Below, piece by piece: positions 24,565 to 35,066 of a stretch of DNA of 64,000 nucleotides. The stretch's first letter is position 1. Each line of letters begins with the position of its first letter. A model generated the notes under the pieces. The model made no database searches, was not told the DNA's origin, and saw only the letters and a program-made list of their open reading frames with translations. Source of the DNA: Deltaproteobacteria bacterium (GTDB lineage: Bacteria; Desulfobacterota; GWC2-55-46); assembly GCA_020846435.1 (NCBI GenBank), contig JADLDY010000013.1, positions 18,906 through 82,905 on the forward strand, written 5' to 3'. Made by a program: the position numbers and the translations under genes.

Positions 24565-25779
24565 TCAGGTCCTGTAGGCGGAGTTAATCTTGACGTACTC
24601 GTACGTGAGGTCTGAGGTCCACACCCTGTCAATGCCCTTGCCTGACTTGAGGTCGACTGAGACGATGAGGGTGTCGAGCTTCATGGCCCTCGCCGCCTCT
24701 TTCTCTTTTCCCGTGTCGAGCCCCTTTTCAACGACCTTCACGCCGTTGAACTCTATCGTGACTTTCTCTTCCTTCATGCGTATGCCTGACCTGCCGATCG
24801 CCGCCATGACGCGCCCCCAGTTAGGGTCGCCGCCGAAGAAGGCAGTCTTGCAAAGGAACGACTCGGCTATGGTGCGGCCGGCCTTCCTGGCGTCCTCATT
24901 GGTAGAAGCTCCCTTTACCTCAACTTCCACGAGGCGGGTAGCCCCTTCTCCGTCCCTCACTATCATCTGCGCGAGCTCGACCGACAAAGATGTGAGAAGG
25001 GCGGTGAACTCCCTGAACTCCCTTGTGCCGGCCTTTATCTCTGCCGCGCCGCTCATGCCGTTGGCAAACGCGAGGACAGTGTCGTTGGTCGAGGTGTCGT
25101 TGTCGACTATTATGCTGTTGAAAGAGGCGTTGACAGCGCTTTTCAGGGCCTCGGCAAGAAGAGGCGCCTTGATGTCCGCGTCGGTCATGAAGAAAGCGAG
25201 CATGGTCGCCATGTTCGGGCAGATCATGCCGGCGCCCTTGCAAAGGCCGGCTATGACGACCTCGCGGCCGCCGATCCTGGCCCTTCTCTCGCCTGACTTC
25301 TGAAAGGCGTCGGTCGTCATCATGGCCTCCCCGGCCGACGGGATGCCGTCGTAGCCCAGGGCCTTCACTGCCGCGGGTATGCCGGAAGTGACTTTCTCAA
25401 GCGGAAGCGGGACGCCGATTACGCCGGTCGAGCAGACGAGCATGGAGCCCTTTTTGAGGCCGAGCGCCTTTTCAGCCAGAGCGGTCATGGCCTCGGCCTT
25501 CCTCGCGCCGTCAGAGCCGGTGCAGGCGTTGGCGTTGCCGCTGTTGACTATGAGGCCGCTCGCGACGCCTTTTTTCACGCGCTTCATGTCAAGAAGCACA
25601 GGGGCCGCTTTCACGCTGTTGGTGGTGAAGAGGCCTGCAACCTGAGCGGGCTTGTCGCTCACTATCAGGGCAAGGTCTTTCCTGCCGTTTTTCTTTATGC
25701 CTGCGGCGACCCCGCAGGCCCGGAAGCCAGTGACCCTCAGGCCTGGCAGCTTGCCGGGCTTCGTTTTATCAGACACCAT
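24565..25779 (-). CDS. argJ: Bifunctional glutamate N-acetyltransferase / amino-acid acetyltransferase.
   Basis: Autoproteolysis site ATMLAFFMTDA; conserved throughout. Confidence 0.93.
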   Translation of the reverse strand: MVSDKTKPGKLPGLRVTGFRACGVAAGIKKNGRKDLALIVSDKPAQVAGLFTTNSVKAAPVLLDMKRVKKGVASGLIVNSGNANACTGSDGARKAEAMTALAEKALGLKKGSMLVCSTGVIGVPLPLEKVTSGIPAAVKALGYDGIPSAGEAMMTTDAFQKSGERRARIGGREVVIAGLCKGAGMICPNMATMLAFFMTDADIKAPLLAEALKSAVNASFNSIIVDNDTSTNDTVLAFANGMSGAAEIKAGTREFREFTALLTSLSVELAQMIVRDGEGATRLVEVEVKGASTNEDARKAGRTIAESFLCKTAFFGGDPNWGRVMAAIGRSGIRMKEEKVTIEFNGVKVVEKGLDTGKEKEAARAMKLDTLIVSVDLKSGKGIDRVWTSDLTYEYVKINSAYRT

Positions 25780-25799
25780 CTGTTATTGAGCTCCCGTTA

Positions 25800-28520
25800 T
25801 CATCTCGCGCTTTTTTCAGCGCAGCATCTCTTGTACTTGAGTCCGCTTCCGCACGGGCACGGGTCGTTCCTGCCTACCTTGTCGCCGAAGCGCGTGACAG
25901 GCTGCTCCTTGGCGTCTTCCTGTTCTTCCTCGCCCCTCGAATAGGTCACTTTCTGTGGCCTGACGTGCGGCTTGGGCTCCGGAGGCGGGGCCGGAGCCCC
26001 TGATTCCTCTTCCCTCTTTATCTGAACCTTGAAGAGCCTCTCGCAGACTTCGCTCTTGAGCCTCGCGATCAGGTCGACGAACATGTCGAAGCCCTCTTTC
26101 TTATACTCCTGGAGGGGGTTCTTCTGGCCGTAGCCGCGAAGCCCGATTCCGCCCTTCAGGTGGTCCATCGAAAGAAGGTGGTCCTTCCAGAGGGTATCGA
26201 GCGTATGGAGCATTATGACCTTCTCGAACTGCGCGAACGATTCGTTCCCTACGAGGGCGAGCTTGTCCTCGTAGGACTTCCACGCCTTTTTCGTTATGGC
26301 CTCGGCAAGCTCGTCTCTCCCGGCTACGCCCTGCGCGTCTTCCGGATTGAAGGGCACGCCGAACTGGATGACGCAAGAGTCGTTCAGGGCCTTGAAGTCC
26401 CAGTCCTCAGGGGTGGACTTCTCCTCGGCGTGAGTGGCGGCTATGTCCTTCGCGACCTCTTCCGAGAACTCTTTGACCATGTCGCGCAGGCCTGCCTGCC
26501 CGAGTATCTGCTTCCTGTAGCCGTAGACGACCTCCCTCTGCTGGTTCATGACGTCGTCGTACTCGATGAGGTGCTTTCTAATCTCGAAGTTGTGACCCTC
26601 GACCTTCTTCTGCGCGTTCTCTATGGCCCTGGAGACAAGGCCGTGCTCAATCGGGGTATCCTCTTCGAGGCCTATCTTCTCCATTATCGAGGCTATCCTC
26701 TCCGAGCCGAATATGCGCAGGAGGTCGTCCTCAAGGGACAGATAGAACCTGGAAGCGCCCGGGTCGCCCTGACGTCCGGCGCGTCCACGGAGCTGGTTGT
26801 CTATGCGGCGCGACTCGTGCCTCTCGGTGCCGAGGATGTAAAGGCCGCCGAGCGCTAGGACCTTTTGCTTTTCCTCCTCGCACAGGACCTTGGCCTTCTC
26901 CATGGCGGCGTGATAACCGTCTGTCGAGTCGTCCTTGCCGGCAAGCTCCGCGGCGAGGTGCTCGGGGTTGCCTCCAAGGAGTATGTCGGTTCCCCTTCCG
27001 GCCATGTTGGTCGAGATGGTAACGGCGCGAAGCCTTCCGGCCTGCGCGACTATCTCGGCCTCACGTTCGTGCTGCTTGGCGTTCAGGACCGTGTGGGGTA
27101 TCTTGTGGCTGATAAGCATCTTGCCGAGCTTTTCCGAATCATCGATGGATATGGTGCCGACAAGGACCGGACGCCCCTGCCTGTACGACTCCTCGATGTC
27201 CTTTATGACCGCCCTGAACTTCTCCTTCTTGGTCTTGTATACGAGGTCGGTATGGTCCTTCCTCGACAGGCCCCTGTTCGTCGGGATGATGACCACGTCG
27301 AGGCCGTATATGGAGTTGAACTCAGAAGCCTCGGTGTCGGCCGTGCCGGTCATGCCTGAGAGCTTGGTGTACATCCTGAAGTAGTTCTGGAACGTGATCG
27401 TCGCCAGGGTCTGGTTCTCGTTCTCTATCTTGACCTTTTCCTTGGCCTCGACCGCCTGATGCAATCCGTCCGACCATCTCCTGCCGGGCATGAGCCTGCC
27501 GGTGAACTCGTCGACTATTATGACAGAGCCGTCCTTGACGACATAGTCGACGTCCCTGTGCTTCAGGACATGGGCGTAGAGCGCCTGGTTGACGTGATGG
27601 AGCGTCTCGAGGTGGGCCGGGTCGTAGAGGTTGTCTATCTCGAGGAGCTCTTCGACCTTGTTCATGCCGTCTTCGGTCAGAAGGACCTGTCTGGCCTTCT
27701 CGTCGACGGTGTAGTGCTCCTCTTTCTTGAGGGAGGGCATTATCCTGTCGATGATGTAGTACTTGTCGGTGGAATCGTCAGTCGGCCCCGAGATGATAAG
27801 CGGCGTCCTGGCCTCGTCGATGAGTATGGAGTCGACCTCGTCGACTATGGCGTAGTGGTGCTCCCTCTGGACGTACTCCTCGAGCGTGAACTTCATGTTG
27901 TCGCGCAGGTAATCGAAGCCGTACTCGTTGTTGGTGCCGTAGGTTATGTCGGCGTTGTAGGCCTCTTTCCTGGTGATGGAACGGAAATGTATGAAACTGC
28001 CCGGCCCGTCATGGAACGAAGGGTCGTAGATGTAGCTGGCCTCGTGCTGGATGACGCTTATGGTGAGACCGAGCGCGTGATAGACCGCGCCCATCCAGTG
28101 CGCGTCCCTTCTGGCGAGGTAGTCGTTGACCGTGACGAGGTGCGCACCCTTGCCCGGAAGGGCGTTGAGGTACATCGGGAGGGTCGCGACGAGCGTTTTG
28201 CCCTCGCCTGTCTTCATCTCCGATATCTTGCCCTCATTAAGGACGAAGCCGCCGATGAGCTGGACGTCGAAGTGGCGCATCTGAAGGCGTCTCCAGGATA
28301 CTTCCCTGACTGCCGCGAAGGCCTCGGGGAGTATATCCTCGAGGGTCTTGCCCCCGGCCAGCTCCTGCCTGAACCTGTTCGTGATCTCCTTGAAGTCATC
28401 GTCGCTCATCGACTTCATCTTCGGCTCGAGCGCGTTGATCTGCTCGACGACCGGCAATATCCGCTTTACCTCGCGGTCGTTCCTGGAGCCGAACACCTTC
28501 TTTAAAATATTATTGAACAT
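25800..28520 (-). CDS. secA: Preprotein translocase ATPase SecA.
   Basis: [20 protein letters not shown]...; DEAD-like motor; C-terminal Zn-finger [13 protein letters not shown]. Confidence 0.97.
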   Translation of the reverse strand: MFNNILKKVFGSRNDREVKRILPVVEQINALEPKMKSMSDDDFKEITNRFRQELAGGKTLEDILPEAFAAVREVSWRRLQMRHFDVQLIGGFVLNEGKISEMKTGEGKTLVATLPMYLNALPGKGAHLVTVNDYLARRDAHWMGAVYHALGLTISVIQHEASYIYDPSFHDGPGSFIHFRSITRKEAYNADITYGTNNEYGFDYLRDNMKFTLEEYVQREHHYAIVDEVDSILIDEARTPLIISGPTDDSTDKYYIIDRIMPSLKKEEHYTVDEKARQVLLTEDGMNKVEELLEIDNLYDPAHLETLHHVNQALYAHVLKHRDVDYVVKDGSVIIVDEFTGRLMPGRRWSDGLHQAVEAKEKVKIENENQTLATITFQNYFRMYTKLSGMTGTADTEASEFNSIYGLDVVIIPTNRGLSRKDHTDLVYKTKKEKFRAVIKDIEESYRQGRPVLVGTISIDDSEKLGKMLISHKIPHTVLNAKQHEREAEIVAQAGRLRAVTISTNMAGRGTDILLGGNPEHLAAELAGKDDSTDGYHAAMEKAKVLCEEEKQKVLALGGLYILGTERHESRRIDNQLRGRAGRQGDPGASRFYLSLEDDLLRIFGSERIASIMEKIGLEEDTPIEHGLVSRAIENAQKKVEGHNFEIRKHLIEYDDVMNQQREVVYGYRKQILGQAGLRDMVKEFSEEVAKDIAATHAEEKSTPEDWDFKALNDSCVIQFGVPFNPEDAQGVAGRDELAEAITKKAWKSYEDKLALVGNESFAQFEKVIMLHTLDTLWKDHLLSMDHLKGGIGLRGYGQKNPLQEYKKEGFDMFVDLIARLKSEVCERLFKVQIKREEESGAPAPPPEPKPHVRPQKVTYSRGEEEQEDAKEQPVTRFGDKVGRNDPCPCGSGLKYKRCCAEKSAR

Positions 28521-28707
28521 TTTTTAGCGCTATGGAAAAAGCTGTCCTTTCATGGGGTTGCGGACGCAAAAGAACGCCCGGCTTAGTAGTTCCGTAAACG
28601 GTCAGGATAGCATACTCGTAAATACATTTCCATAAATTTGAAAGATATTTCACGTCTTGAAGCGCCGCGCCCTGCCACGCCCTGACGGATAAGTCCCCGC
28701 AAATAAA

Positions 28708-28736
28708 AAGAGCCCTGCCAGGCAGGGCTCTTTTAT
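28708..28736. terminator. Rho-independent terminator between the M23 peptidase gene and secA.
   Basis: aaaaagagccctgcc-agg-cagggctcttttat: a GC stem with A- and T-tracts on either side. Confidence 0.7.
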
Positions 28737-28754
28737 CCTGGACCAGGGGGACCT

Positions 28755-29681
28755 TCAATCCACTATGTACTTTTCCGGGTTGACGTTGAGGCCGTTTACC
28801 GAGACCGCGTAATGAAGGTGCGGGCCAGTCGACCTGCCGGTGCTGCCCATCTGGCCTATGAGAGCGCCCCTTTTGACCTTCTGCCCCGCCCTGACCATCG
28901 CCTCGGAAAGGTGGCCGTATGTCGTCTTTATGCCATAACCATGCGATATTACGACGAATTTGCCGAGGTTCGCGTCCTTGCCAGAGTCAACGACCATGCC
29001 GTCGGCCGAGGCGACAACGGGGGTGCCTGTACGATTGGCTATGTCGAGACCGGTGTGATGCTGCGGGATGCCGGTGAAAGGGGATATCCTGCTGCCGAAG
29101 TTCGAGGTCACCCAGCCCTTGGCCGGGAGTATGGATGGGGTTGAGGCAAGCATCACGGAGCGCCTTGAGATGTAGTCCTTGAGCTCATTGAAGCTCTCTT
29201 CCTGGGTGAGAGACATGTGCTCGAGGTTCATGAGGTCGGTGTTCATTTTGCTTACCAGCTCCCCGACCTTTGCACCCGGCCTCAGGAACATCTCCTCATC
29301 GACAACCGAGTCACCTCCCATGCCGAGTATCTGATGATCTGCCAGGCCCGCGGGCCTCGGCTCCTTTTCCATGTTGGAGATTATCCTTATCTTCTGGTCG
29401 AAAAGGTTGAGCTTAGCGAGCTGGGTTTCAAGCTCTTTTATCCTCGTGGCAAAGCCCTTGAGAGTAGCAGTGCTCTCCGAGCCATCGGACCACAGCGAGC
29501 CGTACTTCATGTGGTCGGCCTTTATCCTTGCGTAATCGACCAGGACGAACGCCATGAGGAGCGCGAAGATGCCTGAGAGGATCCCGGCTATCTTCAGGTG
29601 TCTGAAAGGGAGCCGGAGCTGCCGGGTCCTGGAAGCATCGTTTGTCAGAACGAACAGGGTAAGGAATCTGTTATCCAGCAT
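28755..29681 (-). CDS. M23 family (LytM-type) peptidoglycan endopeptidase.
   Basis: HTGLDIA...G, then SHGYGIKTTYGHL and GSTGRSTGPHLHYAV; N-terminal TM helix plus coiled coil. Confidence 0.88.
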   Translation of the reverse strand: MLDNRFLTLFVLTNDASRTRQLRLPFRHLKIAGILSGIFALLMAFVLVDYARIKADHMKYGSLWSDGSESTATLKGFATRIKELETQLAKLNLFDQKIRIISNMEKEPRPAGLADHQILGMGGDSVVDEEMFLRPGAKVGELVSKMNTDLMNLEHMSLTQEESFNELKDYISRRSVMLASTPSILPAKGWVTSNFGSRISPFTGIPQHHTGLDIANRTGTPVVASADGMVVDSGKDANLGKFVVISHGYGIKTTYGHLSEAMVRAGQKVKRGALIGQMGSTGRSTGPHLHYAVSVNGLNVNPEKYIVD

Positions 29682-29805
29682 GCAAGACCTCCCTTCTTCA
29701 GCGGACGAAAAATCTGAGTGCAGTGTACTTCATGGCTGACAGGAGGGCAGTGACGGCGGTCACCGGGGCAAAAATGGGGCATGTGGCCTCAAAACCTGAA
29801 AATAA

Positions 29806-29845
29806 AGAGGCCGGAGCAGGAAAACCCTGCTCCGGCCTGAGAAAA
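29806..29845 (-). terminator. Rho-independent terminator downstream of the Crp-family gene.
   Basis: Minus strand: ggccggagcagg-gttttc-ctgctccggcc followed by tctttattttc. Confidence 0.7.
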
Positions 29846-29872
29846 ACCGGCATAAGTAGGCGGGAAGGACGC

Positions 29873-30556
29873 CTATTCCGAGATATAAAGGAGGATCCTG
29901 TCCTTTTCTATCTTTATGTAGCCCTCCTGGGTCATCTTCTTCAGAGCCCTGCTTACGACCTCCCTTGAAGAGCCTATCATAGCGGCAAGCTGCTCATGGG
30001 TAGGCCTCTCTATCTCGACGACGTCCTTGTCGGCTCCCTTGGCCTTGGCCATGCCGAGGAGGGTGTGCGCTATCCTTCCGCAGACGTCCAGGAGCGCGAG
30101 CCCGCCTATCTTCCTCGTCGCCTCCCTGAGACGGCCCGTAAGGTAGGCGAAAAACCTCATGTAGACCTTGTGGTGGCGGGACATGTAGTCAAGGAAAGCG
30201 CCCTTTGTCACGACCAGACAGACGAGTTCCTGTACCGCCTCGACGTTAGCCGAACGGGGCTTGTCGTCTATTATCGACATCTCGCCGAACATGTCGCCTT
30301 CGTTAAGTATGGCGAGCACTATCTCACGGCCCTCTTCGCCATAGAGAGTCACCTTGACCCTGCCGGAGATTATGAAGAAGACCGCGTCCCCGGGGTCGCC
30401 CTCGGTTATTATCTGCGTGCCTGCGGGCCAGTTCCTGATCTCGCCCCTTGAGATGATGCCCTTCAAGTAGAAGTCCTCGAGCCCCGTGAAGAGCTGGTTT
30501 CTGGCAAGGCCTTCTTCTACTTTTTTCAGGTCTTCCTTGTTACTCGTTTCGTTCAT
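29873..30556 (-). CDS. Crp/Fnr family transcriptional regulator (cNMP-binding domain plus C-terminal HTH).
   Basis: cNMP-binding beta-roll (GDPGDAVFFIISGRVKV) and HTH (SREVVSRALKKM). Confidence 0.85.
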   Translation of the reverse strand: MNETSNKEDLKKVEEGLARNQLFTGLEDFYLKGIISRGEIRNWPAGTQIITEGDPGDAVFFIISGRVKVTLYGEEGREIVLAILNEGDMFGEMSIIDDKPRSANVEAVQELVCLVVTKGAFLDYMSRHHKVYMRFFAYLTGRLREATRKIGGLALLDVCGRIAHTLLGMAKAKGADKDVVEIERPTHEQLAAMIGSSREVVSRALKKMTQEGYIKIEKDRILLYISE

Positions 30557-31914
30557 GTCCCGCTCGCCTCTATTTCGTTTACAAGTAGGCTCGGCGCGCC
30601 TATCGACCCGATGAACCTCAAGTCAGACGCGCAGGCCCCTACGTTTGAGAAAAGCCCGAGAAGATTGCCGGCAATCGCCATGCCCCTCACGGGGTAGGCA
30701 ATGCTCCCGCCCTCGACCCAGAAACCAGCCGCGCCGAGCGAGAAGTCCCCGCTCACGGTGTTTATGGTGTGCACGCCAAGGAGCTCTGTTATGAAGAGCC
30801 CCTCTCCGAGGTCGCGGAGCAAGTCCTCGAGACTTTTCACGCCCTTTTCTATGTAGATATTGTTAAGTCCGACTCCCGGAGTCGACTTGTAGCCGCCCCT
30901 GGCCGCGTTGCCGGTCGACGCCCTGCCCGCTCTGGCCGCCCAGTATGTATCATAAAGAAAACCCTGGCAGACGCCTTCGACTACAAGCGGCGTCCTGCCT
31001 GTCAGCGTACCCTCGGCATCATAGGCCGAGGTCGCCCAGCCGCCGTTCATTATACCATCATCGAATATATTAAGCACACTGGAAGCTATTTTTACACCCT
31101 GTTTGCCTATGAGCATTGATTTGCCCTTGCCGACATTGTCGCCAAGGAACGAGCTCGCCAGCGACTCGAGGAGCTCGCAGACGACCGCGTTTTCTATCAT
31201 GGCAGGGCACTTGACCGTTTTTATCTCTTTCGCGCCGAGGAGCCTTACCGCGTTTTTCGCCGCGCTTTTGCCTATCCATTCAGGGTCGATGGAAGCGATG
31301 GTGTGTCCCATGCCCATCTCCCAGCCCATCTGCGATTCGCCGTTATCTTCCGCGACGGCGGTGACGCTTCCCGTGAAATAAGTCGCCGAGTGGCTGAAGT
31401 CGACCCCGTTCGAGTTGACGACCCTGTCGGCCGTGACAGACTCGGAGTAAGAGGCCTTCCTTATTCTCTTTACCCTTTTGTCAAAGCCCCTGGCGGCCTT
31501 CTCTATCTCTATCGCCCTCTTTATCTTCTCTTCTTCAGGCACGCTCATGTACGAGCCGTCGAATATGCCGAGCCCCTCTTCCGAGCGGACAGGCCCCGGA
31601 CTGGCAAACCTCAGGAACTCATCCGGGGAGGCCTCAAGGCTTCCTGCAAGGGCTTTCGCGGCCATCTCATCGAGGACCGCCCCTTCAAGGACGCTCGAGA
31701 AGGCGAATCCGAGCCTGCCCTTTGATATCGTCCTTATGCCGACCCCGGCGCTCGAGCGGGCCTTGAGAGAGTCGACCTCGCCTTCCTTGGCCTCCGCGCC
31801 GAATCCCTTCTGGGTAGAGAAGAATATCTCATAGGCATCTGCCCTGCCTTCGAGCCTTTTTTTGAGCCTCTCGATGACGGAGTCAGCGCCGGATGCGTTC
31901 AGCAGGTCTTTCAA
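30553..31914 (-). CDS. TldD/PmbA family metalloprotease.
   Basis: PmbA/TldD fold conserved over the whole length. A likely TTG start at 31914 overlaps the GNAT stop (TTGA), with GGGAGA 8 nt upstream. The longest ORF runs to 32004 but would overlap the upstream gene by 94 nt. Confidence 0.8.
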   Translation of the reverse strand: MKDLLNASGADSVIERLKKRLEGRADAYEIFFSTQKGFGAEAKEGEVDSLKARSSAGVGIRTISKGRLGFAFSSVLEGAVLDEMAAKALAGSLEASPDEFLRFASPGPVRSEEGLGIFDGSYMSVPEEEKIKRAIEIEKAARGFDKRVKRIRKASYSESVTADRVVNSNGVDFSHSATYFTGSVTAVAEDNGESQMGWEMGMGHTIASIDPEWIGKSAAKNAVRLLGAKEIKTVKCPAMIENAVVCELLESLASSFLGDNVGKGKSMLIGKQGVKIASSVLNIFDDGIMNGGWATSAYDAEGTLTGRTPLVVEGVCQGFLYDTYWAARAGRASTGNAARGGYKSTPGVGLNNIYIEKGVKSLEDLLRDLGEGLFITELLGVHTINTVSGDFSLGAAGFWVEGGSIAYPVRGMAIAGNLLGLFSNVGACASDLRFIGSIGAPSLLVNEIEASGT

Positions 31915-32384
31915 GCGTCTTCTCCCTGGCGTTTCTCGATCGTGATTATAACAGCATTCTCGTCGCAGTTGGGGAACTTGACGCATTTTATGCAGTCGCC
32001 CCATATCTTGTGCGGCAGGAGCTCCTTGTTGATGACCTTGAATTTGAGTTTATTGAAAAAAGCGGTCTTGTAGGTCAGGGCGAAGACCTTCTTGAGACCG
32101 AGCGAGCCTGCCTCGTCGAGGCAGGCTGTGACGAGCTTCGTCCCTATGCCGCCCCTCGTGTGAGCGTCCCTCACGGCCAGAGTCCTTATCTCGCCCATAT
32201 CAGCCGAGCAGATATGCAGGGCGCAGGTGCCGACTATTCTGCCTTCTTTTTCATAGACGAAAAAATCACGAAGGCTGTCGCATATGTCGGTCTCTGACCT
32301 GTGGAGCATTATCCCTTTTTTAGCGAACGCCTCGACTATCTCGTAGATGGCCGGCACGTCGCCGAGAACTGCTTTTCTTACCAA
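31911..32384 (-). CDS. GNAT family N-acetyltransferase (short ArgA-like).
   Basis: Acetyl-CoA binding motif RGGGIGTKLV; 157 aa. Confidence 0.75.
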   Translation of the reverse strand: MVRKAVLGDVPAIYEIVEAFAKKGIMLHRSETDICDSLRDFFVYEKEGRIVGTCALHICSADMGEIRTLAVRDAHTRGGIGTKLVTACLDEAGSLGLKKVFALTYKTAFFNKLKFKVINKELLPHKIWGDCIKCVKFPNCDENAVIITIEKRQGEDA

Positions 32385-32386
32385 CT

Positions 32387-34129
32387 CTAACCCTTGCCCT
32401 CCGTGGCGCCCGGCCTCTTGCCATGCGCTTTCTTTTTGCCTGACATGCCTTTGGCCGCGTCTATCAGCTCTGAGGCGTGCTTTCTTGTCGTATCAGTCAC
32501 CTTGAGGCCGCCGAGCATATTTGATATCTCCTCTACCCTCTCGTCCCCCGTTGCCTCTGCTACCGTTGTCACTGTCCTGTTGTTGACCGTTTTTTTAGAG
32601 ACCACGAAGTGAGAGTCCGCGAACGCCGCTACCTGCGGGAGGTGCGTTATGCACAAGACCTGGTTTGTCCTCGAGACTTCCTTGAGCTTGCCCCCAACGA
32701 CCTGCGCTATGGAGCCGCTTACCCCCGTGTCTATCTCGTCGAATATGAGGGTCGGGACCCTCCCTGAAGACATGACGCTCTTCATGGCGAGCATTATCCT
32801 CGAGAGCTCTCCGCCAGAGGCTATCCTGGCGAGCGGCTTCAAGCCTTCGCCCTTGTTCGTGGCGATAAAGAAACTCACCCGGTCGCCGCCTTTTTCAGTC
32901 AGCCTCGGGCCGCCGTCATGGCCCGCGTCAGCGTCTATGGCGGCCTCGAAGACGACCCCCTTCATGCCGAGGCTCGCAAGCTCGCCCTCGATGAGCGTTT
33001 CTAATTCCTTCGCCGATATCTTCCTCGCGTCGGTAAGGCTTTGCGCCGCGGCCTCGGCCCTGGCCTTGAGCGTCTTGACCCTGGCTTCCAGCTCGCCGGC
33101 CCTGAACTCGACATTATCGAGAAGCTTTAATTCAGCATCTAATTTCTCGCGCCTGGCTATAAGCTCTTCAAGGTCGCATCCGTGCTTTTTCCTGAGCTTG
33201 CCGATAAGGTCAAGCCTGTCGGATGCGGCTTCCAGCGCCTCAGGGTCAGCCTCTATTGAGGACGAATAGTCCCTGAGGAATGAGCCAGCTTCTTCCAGCG
33301 AGACCATGCTCGCCGCAATCGAAGCCTCCACATCCGAAAGGGCCGGGTCTATGGCGGAGAGCTCTTTCAGAGCCTTCGAGATCGCCCCGAGCTTTTCAGT
33401 AATGGAGCCTGAGTCAGAGTAGATGGCCCTTTCAGCCTCCGCCGTGACAGAGCCGAGCTTTCCGGCGCTCTGAAGACGCTCCTTTTCCTGTTTGAGCGTC
33501 TCTTCCTCGCCGGGCTTCAAGTCTGCATCCATCAGCTCCTTGAGCTGATAGGAGAGGAAATCTTTTTTATCAGCCGTGTTCCTTGAGTCCTGAAGGAGCG
33601 TATCCAGCTCCTTTCTCGCGGCCGTGTACTCCCTGTACGCCTCGGCCATGTGAGAGCGGAGGGCGCCGAGAGAGCCGAACGAATCGAGGAGCTCGACATG
33701 CTCTTCAGGTCGCGTCAGGGACTGATGCTCGCTCTGGCCGTATATGTCTATGAGACGCCTGCCGACCTCGGTAAGCGTGACGAGGGTTGCCAGCCCTCCG
33801 TTTATGTATATCCTGTTCCTGCCTGCCCTCTGGACGACCCTTTTTATGACGAGCTCGTCAGCCGGGTCTATGCCGGAGGAGGCAAGGACAGTGTCGAGCC
33901 CCCTGGCGCGGCTCCCGGAAACATCGAAAAGGGCTTCGACGAGCGCTTCGTCGGCCCCTTCCCTTATTATCTCGTTGGTCGCCCTGTCGCCGAGTATGAG
34001 CGAGAGCGCGTCCATTATGATGGATTTGCCCGCGCCGGTCTCGCCGGTGAAAATATTAAGGCCCGGGCCAAGACCAATCCTCAGGGAGTCGATTATGGCG
34101 AAGTCCCTTATGCTTAGTTCTACGAGCAT
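32387..34129 (-). CDS. recN: DNA repair protein RecN.
   Basis: Walker A GETGAGKS at the N-terminus, long coiled coil, C-terminal signature and Walker B. Confidence 0.93.
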   Translation of the reverse strand: MLVELSIRDFAIIDSLRIGLGPGLNIFTGETGAGKSIIMDALSLILGDRATNEIIREGADEALVEALFDVSGSRARGLDTVLASSGIDPADELVIKRVVQRAGRNRIYINGGLATLVTLTEVGRRLIDIYGQSEHQSLTRPEEHVELLDSFGSLGALRSHMAEAYREYTAARKELDTLLQDSRNTADKKDFLSYQLKELMDADLKPGEEETLKQEKERLQSAGKLGSVTAEAERAIYSDSGSITEKLGAISKALKELSAIDPALSDVEASIAASMVSLEEAGSFLRDYSSSIEADPEALEAASDRLDLIGKLRKKHGCDLEELIARREKLDAELKLLDNVEFRAGELEARVKTLKARAEAAAQSLTDARKISAKELETLIEGELASLGMKGVVFEAAIDADAGHDGGPRLTEKGGDRVSFFIATNKGEGLKPLARIASGGELSRIMLAMKSVMSSGRVPTLIFDEIDTGVSGSIAQVVGGKLKEVSRTNQVLCITHLPQVAAFADSHFVVSKKTVNNRTVTTVAEATGDERVEEISNMLGGLKVTDTTRKHASELIDAAKGMSGKKKAHGKRPGATEGKG

Positions 34130-34185
34130 AGGCGCGTTTTTATGGTGTCCGTCAAGTCGCTGAAAAACTCCGTTTTAGTGCAGGC

Positions 34186-35046
34186 TCAGTTCTTTACTTT
34201 TACTTCCCACATCAGCCTTTCCCTCAAGATGTCGAAATAACTCTTGCCCTGGTACTTGACGAGATAGGCGCTCTCCTCGGCCCTTTTTATCTTTATTATG
34301 TCCCCGCTCTCGAGCGGCATGTCCACCTGGCCGTCGAGTATGAGCTCTACGCCGTGCTGATCCGGGCTCACGGTAACGTCGACCGTCATCCAGTCAGGTA
34401 TCACGACCGGCCTGTTCGTGAGGTTAAATGGGCATATGGGAGCGACGATTATGGAATGTATGGTCGGGTAGAGTATCGGGCCGTTGGCCGACAGGGAATA
34501 AGCGGTAGAGCCCGTAGGGGTCGCGATGATGAGGCCGTCGGCCCTGTAGGTGTTGACATACTCTTTGTTTATGCGCGTCTCCAGGCGAACGAGCCTCGCG
34601 TTATCTCCCTTTATGACGGCGTCGTTCAGGACCCTGTGGCTCGAGAGGACTTCTTCCCCCCTCGTATGCTCGACAAGGAGGAGCATCCTCTCCTCGACCG
34701 CGCACTCGTCCCTGAGTACCTTCTCGAGGAGCGGGAACACCTCGGCGACGGTTATGGCGGTGAGGAAGCCGAGCGAGCCGAGGTTTACGCCGAGGATCGG
34801 GACCTTGCGGCCGTTGATGAGCCTGGCCGCGTGTATCATGGTGCCGTCTCCGCCGAGGACTATCATTATGTCTATACAGCCGGGCAGGTCTTTAAGCCTT
34901 GTGGATATGGCGCTCTTCACCATGAGGCTCAAGACCTCGTCGGTGTAGACGGTGCCGCCTTGCGCCGTCACCCAGTCCGCTATCCTGTCGGCGAGCGTTA
35001 TGGCGTCCGGGTTGCTGACTTTTACGACAAGGCCGATCCTCTTCAA
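34186..35046 (-). CDS. nadK: NAD(+) kinase.
   Basis: GGDGTM motif, NE/D short motif and conserved C-terminal domain. Confidence 0.9.
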   Translation of the reverse strand: MKRIGLVVKVSNPDAITLADRIADWVTAQGGTVYTDEVLSLMVKSAISTRLKDLPGCIDIMIVLGGDGTMIHAARLINGRKVPILGVNLGSLGFLTAITVAEVFPLLEKVLRDECAVEERMLLLVEHTRGEEVLSSHRVLNDAVIKGDNARLVRLETRINKEYVNTYRADGLIIATPTGSTAYSLSANGPILYPTIHSIIVAPICPFNLTNRPVVIPDWMTVDVTVSPDQHGVELILDGQVDMPLESGDIIKIKRAEESAYLVKYQGKSYFDILRERLMWEVKVKN

Positions 35047-35066
35047 AGCTCCTCCGGATAAAAAAA

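Noticed and set aside
28510-28758. 82-aa minus-strand ORF between secA and the M23 peptidase gene.
   Set aside because: It spans the intrinsic terminator hairpin and the secA promoter region; no Shine-Dalgarno or motifs.
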